DNA of 64,000 nucleotides, from contig NZ_JABEZU010000001.1 in NCBI RefSeq assembly GCF_013149785.1, positions 62,001-126,000 of the forward strand, in the 5' to 3' direction. Below are positions 1 through 9,104 of the stretch, piece after piece (the first letter of the stretch is position 1; each line of letters begins with the position of its first letter). The notes under the pieces were generated by a model. It saw only the letters and a program-made list of their open reading frames with translations. It was not told the DNA's origin and made no database searches. The stretch is from Isoptericola halotolerans. Lineage in GTDB: Bacteria; Actinomycetota; Actinomycetes; Actinomycetales; Cellulomonadaceae. A program made the position numbers and the translations under genes.

Positions 1-81
1 GAACACACAGGCCACCGTAGCGACCCGCGACCCGTCGTGCGCGGCACTCGATCAGGCCTTCGGGCTGCTGCAGTTCACCAG

Positions 82-612
82 CTACAGGCTGCTGAAGATC
101 CAGGTGGACGGCGCGTCGTATCCCGTGAGCCCACCCGGCTGGTTGCACGCCCCCAGGTCGAGCGACGCGAACGTGACCACCTGCGTGAGCGTCGAGCCCG
201 CAAGCGCCCCGCTGGTGATCGGCCCAGTGACGGTCAGCACGTAGGTGCCGTTGACCGTCGTCGAGGTCGAGAACCACGACCAGGCGCTCGTGACGGTCGA
301 GCCTCCGTTCCAGAAGATGGTCTGTGTCCCGCTTCCTCCGCCGAACAGCGTGGTGCGCGACTTCGTGACCTCGCCGCTGTAGTCCGCGGTGAACGACGTG
401 AGCGTCGGGTGGGTCAGGCTCACGCAGGACGCTTGGTCGTGGCCCGTGACCTCCAGGGTCTGGACGACGTTCGTGACTCCGGGGTCGTACGTGCCGACCG
501 AGTCGCCGACGCAGTTGACCACGGTCAGACTCGCTGCGGCTGGTGGCGCCGCGAGCAGGCCGGCGGCGGCCAGGAGTGCCGTGCTGGCGATGGCGTAGAG
601 GTACCTCTTCAT
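82..612 (-). CDS. Secreted hypothetical protein (Thr/Ser/Gly-rich, beta-rich)
   Basis: Signal peptide MKRYLYAIASTALLAAAGLLAAPPAAA, GGGAG RBS upstream, high GC3 codons. Confidence 0.8.
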   Translation of the reverse strand: MKRYLYAIASTALLAAAGLLAAPPAAASLTVVNCVGDSVGTYDPGVTNVVQTLEVTGHDQASCVSLTHPTLTSFTADYSGEVTKSRTTLFGGGSGTQTIFWNGGSTVTSAWSWFSTSTTVNGTYVLTVTGPITSGALAGSTLTQVVTFASLDLGACNQPGGLTGYDAPSTWIFSSL

Positions 613-746
613 GGCTCACTCCCCAGGTGGCGAGCCGGCCCCGGTCGACACCGAGATGATGGCCCCGACTCGCCCATCCTCGGAGCGTCAGCCCGATCGC
701 GCAGCCATGCAGTTCCCAGCATCAGGGGTCGCCGGTGCGTGCCTGC

Positions 747-1427
747 CTAGCCCGAGAAGACCGCCGCCAGCGCGCTGCCGTCCAGGTCGGCGAGGAGCTC
801 GGCGACATCGGTGTAGGTCTCGACGGCACCGGCCTCGGTGAGCTCGTGCGCACCGACCCCGCCGCTGAGGACGCCGACGCACGGCACGCCGGCCCGCTCG
901 GCGGCGACGGCGTCCCACACCGAGTCCCCCAGGAAGACGGCCTGCGAGGCCTCGACACCTGCGGCCTCGAGCGCCACCTGCACGAGCTCGGGTTCCGGCT
1001 TGGACTCCTCGACGTCCTGCGCCGACGTCACGGCGTGCAGCAGGTCGTCCACGTCGAGCACCTCGCGCAGGCGTTCGAGCATCTCGGGGGACGCCGACGT
1101 CGCGAGCACCGGTCGCGCACCTCGTTCGCTGATGGTGCGCACGAGCTCTCGTGCGCCGTCGAACGCTCGCAGCAGGTGGGCGGACTCCGCCGCGTGCCGG
1201 GAGTGGTGCTCCTTGACCTGCTCCGCCGTCTCGTCCGACAGCTCCGCGCCGCTGAGCTCCGCCACGCGGGTCACCAGCTGTGGCCCGGCCATGCCGAGGG
1301 TCCGGTGCACGCGCCAGGCGTCGATCTCGATCCCGACGTCGCGAAAGGCGTGGACCCACGCGTCGACCTGCATGTAGTTCGAGTCGACCAGCGTCCCGTC
1401 GACGTCCAGCAGCACCGCGCCCGTCAT
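747..1427 (-). CDS. HAD-superfamily hydrolase/phosphatase
   Basis: Motif I LLDVDGTLVDS, motif III/IV SKPEP...GDSVWD. Confidence 0.9.
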   Translation of the reverse strand: MTGAVLLDVDGTLVDSNYMQVDAWVHAFRDVGIEIDAWRVHRTLGMAGPQLVTRVAELSGAELSDETAEQVKEHHSRHAAESAHLLRAFDGARELVRTISERGARPVLATSASPEMLERLREVLDVDDLLHAVTSAQDVEESKPEPELVQVALEAAGVEASQAVFLGDSVWDAVAAERAGVPCVGVLSGGVGAHELTEAGAVETYTDVAELLADLDGSALAAVFSG

Positions 1428-1515
1428 GCGGGCCGCCGGTGCGGGGACACGGTCTGTGCGTCAGGAGTCATCTGTCGATCCTGCGGGCAGAGCCGCTATC
1501 CCGCCACCTCGGCGC

Positions 1516-2004
1516 TCAGGCGGGAGCGGCCGGGCCCAGGTGGTGCTCCAGCACCTCGAGAGGACCCTCGTCCGGCGTCGGAGGCTCGAAGGCGTCGAGG
1601 TAGCGCAGCGCGGTCTCGCGGGTGACCAGCACGTCGTCGGGCCCGGAGCCGGTACGGCGGGCGAGGCGCTCGAGGACGACCTCGCGCGGCGCAGGCAGGT
1701 AGATCGTCACCGGGACCACTCCGAGGGGGCGCAGCAGGTCCCGGTACTCGTCGCGCATGGCGCGCGACCAGAACGACAGGTCGACGACGATGTCGCATCC
1801 TGCTCTCACGAGGTCCACGCACTCGCGCTGCAGCTCCGCCTTCAGCCGGTCGGTGACGTCGTCGGGCAGGGGGTGATCCCGGAAGCCCTCGCGCCAGGCG
1901 GCGACGTCGAGGGACAGGCGTGCCCAGCCCTGGGCCTCCAGTGCGCGGGCGCGCGTGGACTTGCCGAACCCGGCGGGACCGCACAGCAGGAACACCCGGC
2001 TCAT
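1516..2004 (-). CDS. AAA_33-type P-loop ATPase/kinase
   Basis: Walker A GPAGFGKST, VVDLSFWSRAMRD; TAGCCT -10 six nt before the ATG. Confidence 0.85.
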   Translation of the reverse strand: MSRVFLLCGPAGFGKSTRARALEAQGWARLSLDVAAWREGFRDHPLPDDVTDRLKAELQRECVDLVRAGCDIVVDLSFWSRAMRDEYRDLLRPLGVVPVTIYLPAPREVVLERLARRTGSGPDDVLVTRETALRYLDAFEPPTPDEGPLEVLEHHLGPAAPA

Positions 2005-2041
2005 GCGCCGAGGCTAGCGCGCCGGGCGCGGGCTGCCGCGA

Positions 2042-3577
2042 TCATGCGGCTTCTCGGTGCTCTCGGTGTCCTGCACGGGCTGGCTCCCGGAGATCGTCGA
2101 ACGCGTCGCCGCGGGTCCCGTCGGTGTCGCCGATCGGGTTGCCGTGCCGGTCGCGGAACTCCCAGCAACCCTCTCGCCAGCGCATCGTGACGCCCTGTCC
2201 GTCGACCCGGTCGTGGTGGTGCCAGCACAGCAGCGCCCCGTTGTCGACGCTGGTGCTTCCGCCGTCGGCCCAGTGCGTGACGGCGTGGTGGACCTCGCAC
2301 CGGCTCGGTGGTTCCTGGCATCCGGGCCAGGTGCAGTACCGGTCTCGCGCGATCACGGCCCGACGCAGCTGTCCGGTGACGGTCCGGCGACTTCGACCGA
2401 CGTCCAGGACCTGACTGTCCGGTCCGAAGACGATCCGGGACATCTCGCTGTCACAGGCGAGCCGGCGCAGGAGCGACGACGGCAGCGGGCCGCGTCCGTC
2501 CGCGAAGACCGGGAGGTCGTTGCCGGCGAGATGGTCGTCGTCTGTCCCGTCGCGCCTCCCGTCCTCTGTGCCATCACCGGCGTGGGCGTCAAGGACCCGG
2601 TGCGGACCGACGCCGGAGGTTCCCGCCGCCGTGCGGGCGGCGTCGGCGGCTGTCGTCGTGGAGGCGTGGTCCGTGGAGGCGAGCGCCCTGCGCAGCTCGC
2701 CGAGGCCGACGGTGACGTTCAGGTGGGGGCGGACCGACGCACCGGTGCCCACGGAGGCGTTGTCGAGGGCGATCCGGGCGAGGTCGGCGATGCCCTGGGC
2801 CCTGCGCTGCGTGGAGGTCCGGGTGTCCGCAGCAGCGGGCGCCCCGACGACGCTGTCGAGCGCGGCGCGCAGTACCTGCCCGTGCTCCTCGGTGAGGAAC
2901 CCCGCCACGTGGTAGCCGTCCCAGGTGGGCGAGATCTCGAAGAACTCCTTCTCGCGGGAGCGGGCGTACCCGCGCTCGTCGGACTCGGGGTCGGCGACGT
3001 GCGCGAACCGTCGCAGCATGCGACGGAAGGGGCCGACCGGGTAGCGCGTCGCGAGACCGATCAGGAACTCCTCACCGGTCGGTGGTACCTGGTCATCGGA
3101 CGTCGCAGCCGCTCCTGGCTCGTTCGCACCGGGCGCCTCCACCGGAGCCGCCAGGGCCTCACGGCGGGCCCGAGACGTCGGGGCGACGTCCACCATCGCC
3201 CGCACGTGGTCCGCGCCGACGGTCCCTCGAGCGGCCGCGAGGGCCGTGGCGGGCAGCACGTCGCGAAGGGTCTTCGCCGTTCGCACCTCGCGGCGCGCGG
3301 TGGCCAGTGTGACGTCCTGCGTCCGGGACAGCCAGTGCGCGAACGACCGGGACCCGTCGAGAGCCCACGCCCCGGCGTCGTCGAGCTCCGCGAGCCACCG
3401 CAGACGGACGGCGTCGAGTCGCTCCTCGATCGTCCGGAGCCTCGCGGTCAGCCCGGCCAGGGCGCCGACGTCGTCGCCCTGCGTTGCGGCGGCCAGGCCG
3501 TCGGCGGCCAGGCCGTCGGCTGCCAGGGCGTCGACGGCGGAGTCGAGCGCGGCGAGCGCGTCCTGCGGCGTCGTCAT
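2042..3577 (-). CDS. DUF222 + HNH endonuclease (13E12 repeat-family) protein
   Basis: QRRAQGIADL, RPHLNVTV, RRLACD, RDRYCTWPGC..CEVHH..W..GG.T..DNGALLCWHHH; ATG 3577 has a G-rich RBS (alternative GTG 3622). Confidence 0.9.
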   Translation of the reverse strand: MTTPQDALAALDSAVDALAADGLAADGLAAATQGDDVGALAGLTARLRTIEERLDAVRLRWLAELDDAGAWALDGSRSFAHWLSRTQDVTLATARREVRTAKTLRDVLPATALAAARGTVGADHVRAMVDVAPTSRARREALAAPVEAPGANEPGAAATSDDQVPPTGEEFLIGLATRYPVGPFRRMLRRFAHVADPESDERGYARSREKEFFEISPTWDGYHVAGFLTEEHGQVLRAALDSVVGAPAAADTRTSTQRRAQGIADLARIALDNASVGTGASVRPHLNVTVGLGELRRALASTDHASTTTAADAARTAAGTSGVGPHRVLDAHAGDGTEDGRRDGTDDDHLAGNDLPVFADGRGPLPSSLLRRLACDSEMSRIVFGPDSQVLDVGRSRRTVTGQLRRAVIARDRYCTWPGCQEPPSRCEVHHAVTHWADGGSTSVDNGALLCWHHHDRVDGQGVTMRWREGCWEFRDRHGNPIGDTDGTRGDAFDDLREPARAGHREHREAA

Positions 3578-3632
3578 CGTCCCCCCTGGTCGTCGCGGCG
3601 GGCACTTCGGCTCCGCCTGCACGCCGATCTTA

Positions 3633-3648
3633 TCGAACAGACGTTCGA
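3633..3648. promoter_or_regulatory. Actinobacterial LexA (SOS) box next to the -10 element of the DUF222/HNH gene
   Basis: TCGAAC-AGAC-GTTCGA, perfect match to TCGAAC-N4-GTTCGA; minus-strand TAAGAT -10 at 3627-3632. Confidence 0.85.
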
Positions 3649-3821
3649 ACTACCAGGTCAGCAGGGGTATTCTTCGAATCTGTGGACGGCATGACGGTCC
3701 ACAGGCGCGGCCGTGGCCTCCAGGCCTTGCAACGGCTGACGGGTGACCGGCGTGGGCGGGCCGCGGCGTCCGCTCGAGCGCACCCGGCGCACGCTGGAGC
3801 GCATCCGGCGGGACGACCAGG

Positions 3822-4274
3822 TCAGCGCCGCGTCAGCCGCACCACGGGGATCTGGCGGTCCGTCTTGCGTTCGTAGCCCGCGAACTGCTTCGCCTCGGCC
3901 TTGATCCGCTCCCACGCGACGGTGCGGCCCTCGCCCTGCAGCTCGGTGGCGGAGACGGGGATCGTCTCGCCGGCGAGCTCGATGGTGACCGCGTCGGGGT
4001 GGGCGGCCAGGTTGCGGTACCAGCCGGGGTTCGCCGCGTCGCCGCCGGAGGACGCCACGACCAGCCAGGCGTCGCCGTCGGGGAACCACGCCAGCGGGGT
4101 GGAGCGCGGCTGCCCGCTCGTGCGGCCCGTCGTGGTCAGCACCAGCAGCCTGACGCCCAGCGTGCTGCCCCGCGCGCGGCGGGCACGCCAGGACGCGATC
4201 CTGTTGGCCCACTTCATGAGCGGGCCACCGGGTATGCCGGCGCCGTACGTGCCCTGCGGGTGACTGAAGGGCAT
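3822..4274 (-). CDS. F420-dependent nitroreductase/quinone reductase (Ddn family)
   Basis: LLVLTTTGRTSGQPRSTPL, VASSGG...PGWYRNL, YERKTDRQIPVV. Confidence 0.9.
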   Translation of the reverse strand: MPFSHPQGTYGAGIPGGPLMKWANRIASWRARRARGSTLGVRLLVLTTTGRTSGQPRSTPLAWFPDGDAWLVVASSGGDAANPGWYRNLAAHPDAVTIELAGETIPVSATELQGEGRTVAWERIKAEAKQFAGYERKTDRQIPVVRLTRR

Positions 4275-4344
4275 GGATGGGTTCTCCCTGGTCGGCGGTG
4301 ACGTGCTGCTCCGACGAGGCTACGCGGCCGGGGCAGAGCCACCG

Positions 4345-5241
4345 TCACTGCAGCCCGAAGCCACCGTCCGTCGTCAGCCGCTGACCCACCATCCACGACC
4401 CGGCCGGGCTCACGAGCCAGCCGATGAGCCGGGCGGGGTCGGTCGGCTCGCCCCAGCGGCCGAACGGCGTCGCCGCGCGCAGCTCCTCGAGCTCTGCCAG
4501 GGGCCGGTCGGTGGTGCCAGGGTCGAGGTAGCCGGTGTTCACCGGTCCCGGGTTCACGGTGTTGAGGACGATGCCCAGCTCGAGCAGCTCGGCCGCCACG
4601 GTCGCGGTCACCCCGGCCAGTGCCGCCTTGGAGGTCGCGTAGGCGACCTCGCCGCGCATCGGCCCGGCCTCCTGTCCCGAGGTCATCCACACCACCTTCG
4701 GCGCGGTCGCCGGGTCCGACGGCGCAGCAGGGTCCGACGGCGCGGCGCGGCCCAGGCGTTCGCCGGGACGCGACGTCGTGCCCGGCTCGTCCCGGCGAGA
4801 CTGCTGGGCGAAGCGGCGGGTCAGGAGCAGCGTGGAGCGGGTGTTCGTCGCCCAGAACGCGTCCAGGGCGGCCGCGGACATGTCGAGGATCGACCCGTCA
4901 CCGCCGCTGCGGGCGTGGTTGCACACCAGGATCTCGACCGTTCCGGTGAGCGCTCGCGCATCGTCGAAGAGCTCGTCGACCTGGGCGGGGTCGCGCAGGT
5001 CCCCGCCCTGCGCACCGCAGACGGCGTCGCCCCGCAGCGCCTCGCGGACACCATGCTCGACCGCGTCGAGGTCGTCGGCGCCCCACGGCTGGTCGGCGTC
5101 GTGCGGGGCGTAGTGGTGGGTGAACACGTTCGCGCCGAGCCCTGCGAGCTCGCGGGCCACGGCGTAGCCGATGCCCTGGCGTCGCGAGACACCCGTGACG
5201 AGCGCGGTGCGGCCGGCGAGGGGAAGGTCGTGGTGGGTCAT
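4345..5241 (-). CDS. SDR-family oxidoreductase
   Basis: ALVTGVSRRQGIG, YATSK catalytic motif, NPGPVNTG; leaderless ATG after TACGGT. Confidence 0.9.
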   Translation of the reverse strand: MTHHDLPLAGRTALVTGVSRRQGIGYAVARELAGLGANVFTHHYAPHDADQPWGADDLDAVEHGVREALRGDAVCGAQGGDLRDPAQVDELFDDARALTGTVEILVCNHARSGGDGSILDMSAAALDAFWATNTRSTLLLTRRFAQQSRRDEPGTTSRPGERLGRAAPSDPAAPSDPATAPKVVWMTSGQEAGPMRGEVAYATSKAALAGVTATVAAELLELGIVLNTVNPGPVNTGYLDPGTTDRPLAELEELRAATPFGRWGEPTDPARLIGWLVSPAGSWMVGQRLTTDGGFGLQ

Positions 5242-5335
5242 GCCGGTGACCGTAGCGACGAGGCCGCCGCGCGGCCGAGCGGATATCCGACCCGGGTGGC
5301 GCGCCGTTCGCCGCACCTCGGCCCCGCCGAGCACC

Positions 5336-6313
5336 TCACCCCCCGACGAGCGCCTCGCCCAGCGGGGTGCGCACGTGCACCACGCGCGCACCCTCGCGGT
5401 GGGAGTCGACGAGCCGGGCGGCGCGCAGCCGGGACAGGTGGTGGGACGCGGTGGAGATCGCGAGCCCTTCGGCGGCGGCGACCTCGCTGGTGGACAGTGG
5501 CGCTCGCAGCGCGAGGAGCACGCCGGCCCGGCCGGCGCCCAGGACGCCGGCCAGCGCGTCCGGCGTGCCGGTCGGTTCGTCCGCCCATCGTTCGGAGATC
5601 CCGAGCGCCGGGTAGAAGAGTGTCGGCTGGGCCGGAGGTTCGGTCACGACGGCGCAGCGCGGGGCCATGACCGACGGCGCCAGGACGAGGCCGCTGCCCG
5701 CGCAGTCCAGCACCTCGCCGTGCAGCCGCAGCCGCACGTGCACCGCGTCCGTCCCCCAGGTGACGGCCTCGTGCAACGTGTCGACCATCGCGCCCAGGCC
5801 GTGCGTCGTCGTGCGGCGCGAGCGCGTACCGACGTCGGCGCGCAGGAGGCGCTCGAGCTGCAGCCAGTACGGGGCCAGGACGGCGTCCCACACCTGCTGC
5901 CAGGCGTCGGCGACGGCGGCCCGTGTCCCGACCAGGTCGTCCGCCAGGGCCTGTAGGAGCCGTTGCTCGGCGCCGCTGGTGCGGGCGACGCGCTTGAGCA
6001 GGTCCACCCGCATCGGCTCCAGGGCGGTCTCACGGAGCCGTTCGACCTCCTCGTCGGGGTCGAGGTCCCAGCCGGGCGTGGAGGTGAGGAAGTCCGGGAC
6101 GTACCCGTCGGGGCCGACCAGGAGCCGCAGGAGCCCGAGGGCGCGCGACGGGACGTCGTGGCGCGACCGTCGCACCCAGCCCCAGTGCAGCGGGTGGTAC
6201 TCCGGGCGGCCGAGCACCCGGACCGCGTGCGCGAGCTCGTGACCGGGGGAGATCCCGAACCGGATGGCGGAGAGGTCGCCCGGCGTGAGCCGGAACTCGA
6301 CGTTTCGATGCAC
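5336..6313 (-). CDS. ArsR-type wHTH regulator with long N-terminal (DUF5937-like) domain
   Basis: IRFGISPGHEL, YVPDFLT, C-terminal STASHHLSRLRAARLV...RTPLG. Confidence 0.85.
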   Translation of the reverse strand: MHRNVEFRLTPGDLSAIRFGISPGHELAHAVRVLGRPEYHPLHWGWVRRSRHDVPSRALGLLRLLVGPDGYVPDFLTSTPGWDLDPDEEVERLRETALEPMRVDLLKRVARTSGAEQRLLQALADDLVGTRAAVADAWQQVWDAVLAPYWLQLERLLRADVGTRSRRTTTHGLGAMVDTLHEAVTWGTDAVHVRLRLHGEVLDCAGSGLVLAPSVMAPRCAVVTEPPAQPTLFYPALGISERWADEPTGTPDALAGVLGAGRAGVLLALRAPLSTSEVAAAEGLAISTASHHLSRLRAARLVDSHREGARVVHVRTPLGEALVGG

Positions 6314-6320
6314 ATCGAAA
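6303..6320. promoter_or_regulatory. Palindromic operator overlapping the ArsR-type gene start
   Basis: TTTCGATG-CA-CATCGAAA, perfect 8-bp arms spanning the GTG at 6311-6313. Confidence 0.7.
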
Positions 6321-6401
6321 CTCTAGGCACCGGGCGGGGCGCTCGCCAGGCTTGTCCCACCCCGGCCGCACGGACCGGGAGCAGCAGCACCTGGAGGAGC
6401 C

Positions 6402-6737
6402 ATGACCTCGGTCGTCACCGCGGACGCGATCCGCATCCCGGGCTCGCGCACCCTGCGCTTCGAGGGGCGTGACCACGGGTCGGAGGTCTCGTTCTTCCTC
6501 GTCACGAACGAGCCGGGGCAGGGACCAGGGCCGCACCGTCACCCCTATACCGAGACGTGGTCCGTGCTCGAGGGCGAGGCCACGATCACCGTCGGCGACG
6601 AGACCGTCGTCGCCCGGGCCGGGGACACCGCCGTCGTGCAGCCCGGCGTCTGGCACGGCTTCACCAGCACCGGGGCCGGCACCCTGCGCATGATCTGCAT
6701 CCACGCGTCCGCCACCATGATCCAGGAGAACCGCTGA
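6402..6737 (+). CDS. Cupin domain protein
   Basis: PHRHPYTETWSVLEG...PGVWHGF; GGAGGAG RBS. Confidence 0.9.
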   Translation: MTSVVTADAIRIPGSRTLRFEGRDHGSEVSFFLVTNEPGQGPGPHRHPYTETWSVLEGEATITVGDETVVARAGDTAVVQPGVWHGFTSTGAGTLRMICIHASATMIQENR

Positions 6738-7030
6738 TGTCCTTCCAGGCCTACCTCGACGCCGTCGAGACCAAGACCGGGCTCACCCCGCGCCAGCTCG
6801 TCGACGCCGCCACCGAGCAGGGGTTCGGCACCGGCAGCAAGGCGACCCCCGTGGCGACGTGGCTCAAGGAGACGTACGGGATCGGCCACGGCCACGCGAT
6901 GGCCATGACCCACGTGATCACCAAGGGTGACCGGATCAGCAGCAAGCACGTCGGCTCCGACGGCGCGCACCGCGACGCGAGCGACCGGCTGTGGCTCGAC
7001 GGGAAGGACTCGCGGCCCGACGACTGGTGA
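6737..7030 (+). CDS. DUF4287-like protein
   Basis: MSFQAYLDAVETKTG...WLKETYGIGHGHAMA; TGATG coupling to the cupin gene. Confidence 0.85.
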   Translation: MSFQAYLDAVETKTGLTPRQLVDAATEQGFGTGSKATPVATWLKETYGIGHGHAMAMTHVITKGDRISSKHVGSDGAHRDASDRLWLDGKDSRPDDW

Positions 7031-7092
7031 GGGACCGGTCAGGCGTCGGCCCCGAGCCGGTCCTCCACCTCGAGCCCCGCGCTGTGCGGCAG

Positions 7093-8256
7093 TCACGGGT
7101 CGGGGAACGACCCGCTCCCGAACAGGATCCGGCGCGCGGCGGCCCGCCCGGGCGGCGTCCGCAGCAGCGCGATCCCCGCCGCCGCGGCCGCCGGCGTGCG
7201 CACCATCGACAGCCCCCGCCGCATCGTCAGCCGGCCGCGGAAGCGTGCCCGCAGCGCGGCGCCGTCGTAGCGACGCAGCACGTCCCGGCGTCCCGTGCGC
7301 AGGGCGTCGTCGAGGACGTCGACGGCGTGCTCGGACAGCCGCAGGCACGGGTCCAGCCCGCCGGCGGTCAGCGGCGAGACGGCCCCCGCCGCGTCCCCGA
7401 CGAGCAGCCCGTGCGGGCTCGCGATCCGGCGCAGCAGCCCGCCGACGGGGATCGGTCCGCCCCGGCGCTCCAGCTGCGCCCCCGGCCCGACGGCGGCAGG
7501 CCCGGTACCGTCACCTGCCGTCGCGGCGTGGCCCGGACGCGGCACGCCGTCGAGACCCGGTGCCGTGGCCGCGAACTCCCGCAGCGCCCGCCTCATCCCG
7601 CGGGGGTAGCGCTCGGCGTAGCCGGCGACGCCCACGTGGACCTGGTGGCCGTCGTCGAGCACCCAGGCGAGGTAGCCCGGCGCGAGGCGGGGGTCGACGA
7701 CGCAGTGGAACGCGGGCACGACGTCTCGGCGGGGCGCGGCGTAGACCTCTTCGGCCCCGACGAGCATCTCGGTGTTGCGGCCCAGGCCGAGCTCACGGGC
7801 GACCGCCGACCGTGCGCCGTCGGCCCCCACGACGAACCGTGCGTGCACCCCCGCCGGGCCGTCCGGGCCGTGCAGCACGTGGCGCCCGTCGCGGCGTCCG
7901 GCGTACCGGGTGCCGAGCAGGATGCGCACGCCGGCCGCCGCTGCCGCGCGCGCCTGGGTGACGTAGAGCGGTGCCATGTCACCCACGCGGTACTCGTCGT
8001 GGGCGCTGTCGAGGACGACGGGGCGACGGTGCGACGGCGGGTAGAGCACCATGCGGCGGATCGGCGGGCCGAGATGCTCGGGCGGCAGGTCGAAGTCCTC
8101 CAGGGTGCGGCGCACGAAGATCCCCGTCGTCCGCACGGTGCCGTCGAGGCGGGTGCGGCGCTCGGCGAGCACGACGTCGTGGCCGCGCCGGGCGAGCGCG
8201 GTGGCGGTGTGCAGCCCGGCCAGGCCGGCACCGACGACGAGCACGTCAGTCCGCAT
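7093..8256 (-). CDS. FAD-dependent oxidoreductase, geranylgeranyl-reductase-like
   Basis: VLVVGAGLAGL, VGADGARS, LLVGDAAGAVSPLTAGG. Confidence 0.85.
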   Translation of the reverse strand: MRTDVLVVGAGLAGLHTATALARRGHDVVLAERRTRLDGTVRTTGIFVRRTLEDFDLPPEHLGPPIRRMVLYPPSHRRPVVLDSAHDEYRVGDMAPLYVTQARAAAAAGVRILLGTRYAGRRDGRHVLHGPDGPAGVHARFVVGADGARSAVARELGLGRNTEMLVGAEEVYAAPRRDVVPAFHCVVDPRLAPGYLAWVLDDGHQVHVGVAGYAERYPRGMRRALREFAATAPGLDGVPRPGHAATAGDGTGPAAVGPGAQLERRGGPIPVGGLLRRIASPHGLLVGDAAGAVSPLTAGGLDPCLRLSEHAVDVLDDALRTGRRDVLRRYDGAALRARFRGRLTMRRGLSMVRTPAAAAAGIALLRTPPGRAAARRILFGSGSFPDP

Positions 8257-8458
8257 CCTCGACCCACTCGAGCAGGTCACCGGGCTGGCAGTCGAGCACG
8301 CGGCACATGGCCTCGAGCGTGGAGAAGCGCACGGCCTTCGCGCGGCCGTTCTTCAGCACGGCCACGTTCGCGGGGGTGAGGCCGACGCGTTCGGCGAACT
8401 CGCCGACGCTCATCTTGCGGCGGGCGAGCTCGACGTCGAGGCGGACGACGATCGGCAT
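8246..8458 (-). CDS. XRE/Cro-family HTH regulator (YozG-like)
   Basis: MPIVVRLDVELARRKMS...LKNGRAKAVRFSTLEAMCRVLDCQPGDLL. Confidence 0.92.
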   Translation of the reverse strand: MPIVVRLDVELARRKMSVGEFAERVGLTPANVAVLKNGRAKAVRFSTLEAMCRVLDCQPGDLLEWVEDAD

Positions 8459-8937
8459 CAGATCACCCCGTCCAGGTCGGTGCGCAGCGCGGTCGCCTGC
8501 ACGAGCAGGGCGCGCAGCACCACCATGAGCAGCCCGACGGCGGCGCCCACGAGCAGCGCCACCAGGAGCAGGGCGGCGGTGCCGGACAGGCCTTCGGCGG
8601 CGGCGACCAGCGCGCACGCGACGAGGACCAGCACCCAGGCCAGACCGACCGCCGCGAGGATGGCGTCGACCCAACGTCGCGAGCGTTCGGAGAAGATCTC
8701 GTCGTCGCGGACCATCGTCAGCAACCGCCAGGTGCACACGAGCACCACCTGCACGCAGGCGAGGACGACGACGGCGAGGGCCAGCAGGGGCCACCGGTAC
8801 GGGGCGAGGTCGGGGTTCTGCTCGGCCGTGCGACCGAGGATCGCCGGGAGCGCGGCGACCTGCGTCGTGACCAGGGTGGCGAGCACGGCGGCGAGCAGGA
8901 CGCGGAGCGGGACCACGAGGCGGGATGTGCGGGACAT
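8458..8937 (-). CDS. DUF2975-family membrane protein
   Basis: Four hydrophobic segments, C-terminal LLVQATALRTDLDGVI, TGATG coupling to the XRE gene. Confidence 0.85.
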   Translation of the reverse strand: MSRTSRLVVPLRVLLAAVLATLVTTQVAALPAILGRTAEQNPDLAPYRWPLLALAVVVLACVQVVLVCTWRLLTMVRDDEIFSERSRRWVDAILAAVGLAWVLVLVACALVAAAEGLSGTAALLLVALLVGAAVGLLMVVLRALLVQATALRTDLDGVI

Positions 8938-8959
8938 AGAGGGAGACTTGCGGGCTCGA

Positions 8960-8995
8960 CTATCGAAAGTCAATAGGTAGTGACCGTTTCTCGAT
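8960..8995. promoter_or_regulatory. Probable XRE operators/promoter of the DUF2975 operon
   Basis: CTATCG-N5-CAATAG and ACCG-N5-CGAT imperfect palindromes; minus-strand TTGACT -35. Confidence 0.5.
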
Positions 8996-9104
8996 ATCTT
9001 CACGAGGGTGACACCGGACCCGTCGCTCCCGATCAGCTCTGCGAAGAGACGCAGAGGGAGCAGAATCGAGAGGAGTGCGTTCAGCAGAGGCGAAGGAGCC
9101 GTCG

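Noticed and set aside
2042..3577. DUF222/HNH gene as a bona fide IS element
   Set aside because: No terminal inverted repeats, target duplication or DDE/HUH transposase motifs identified
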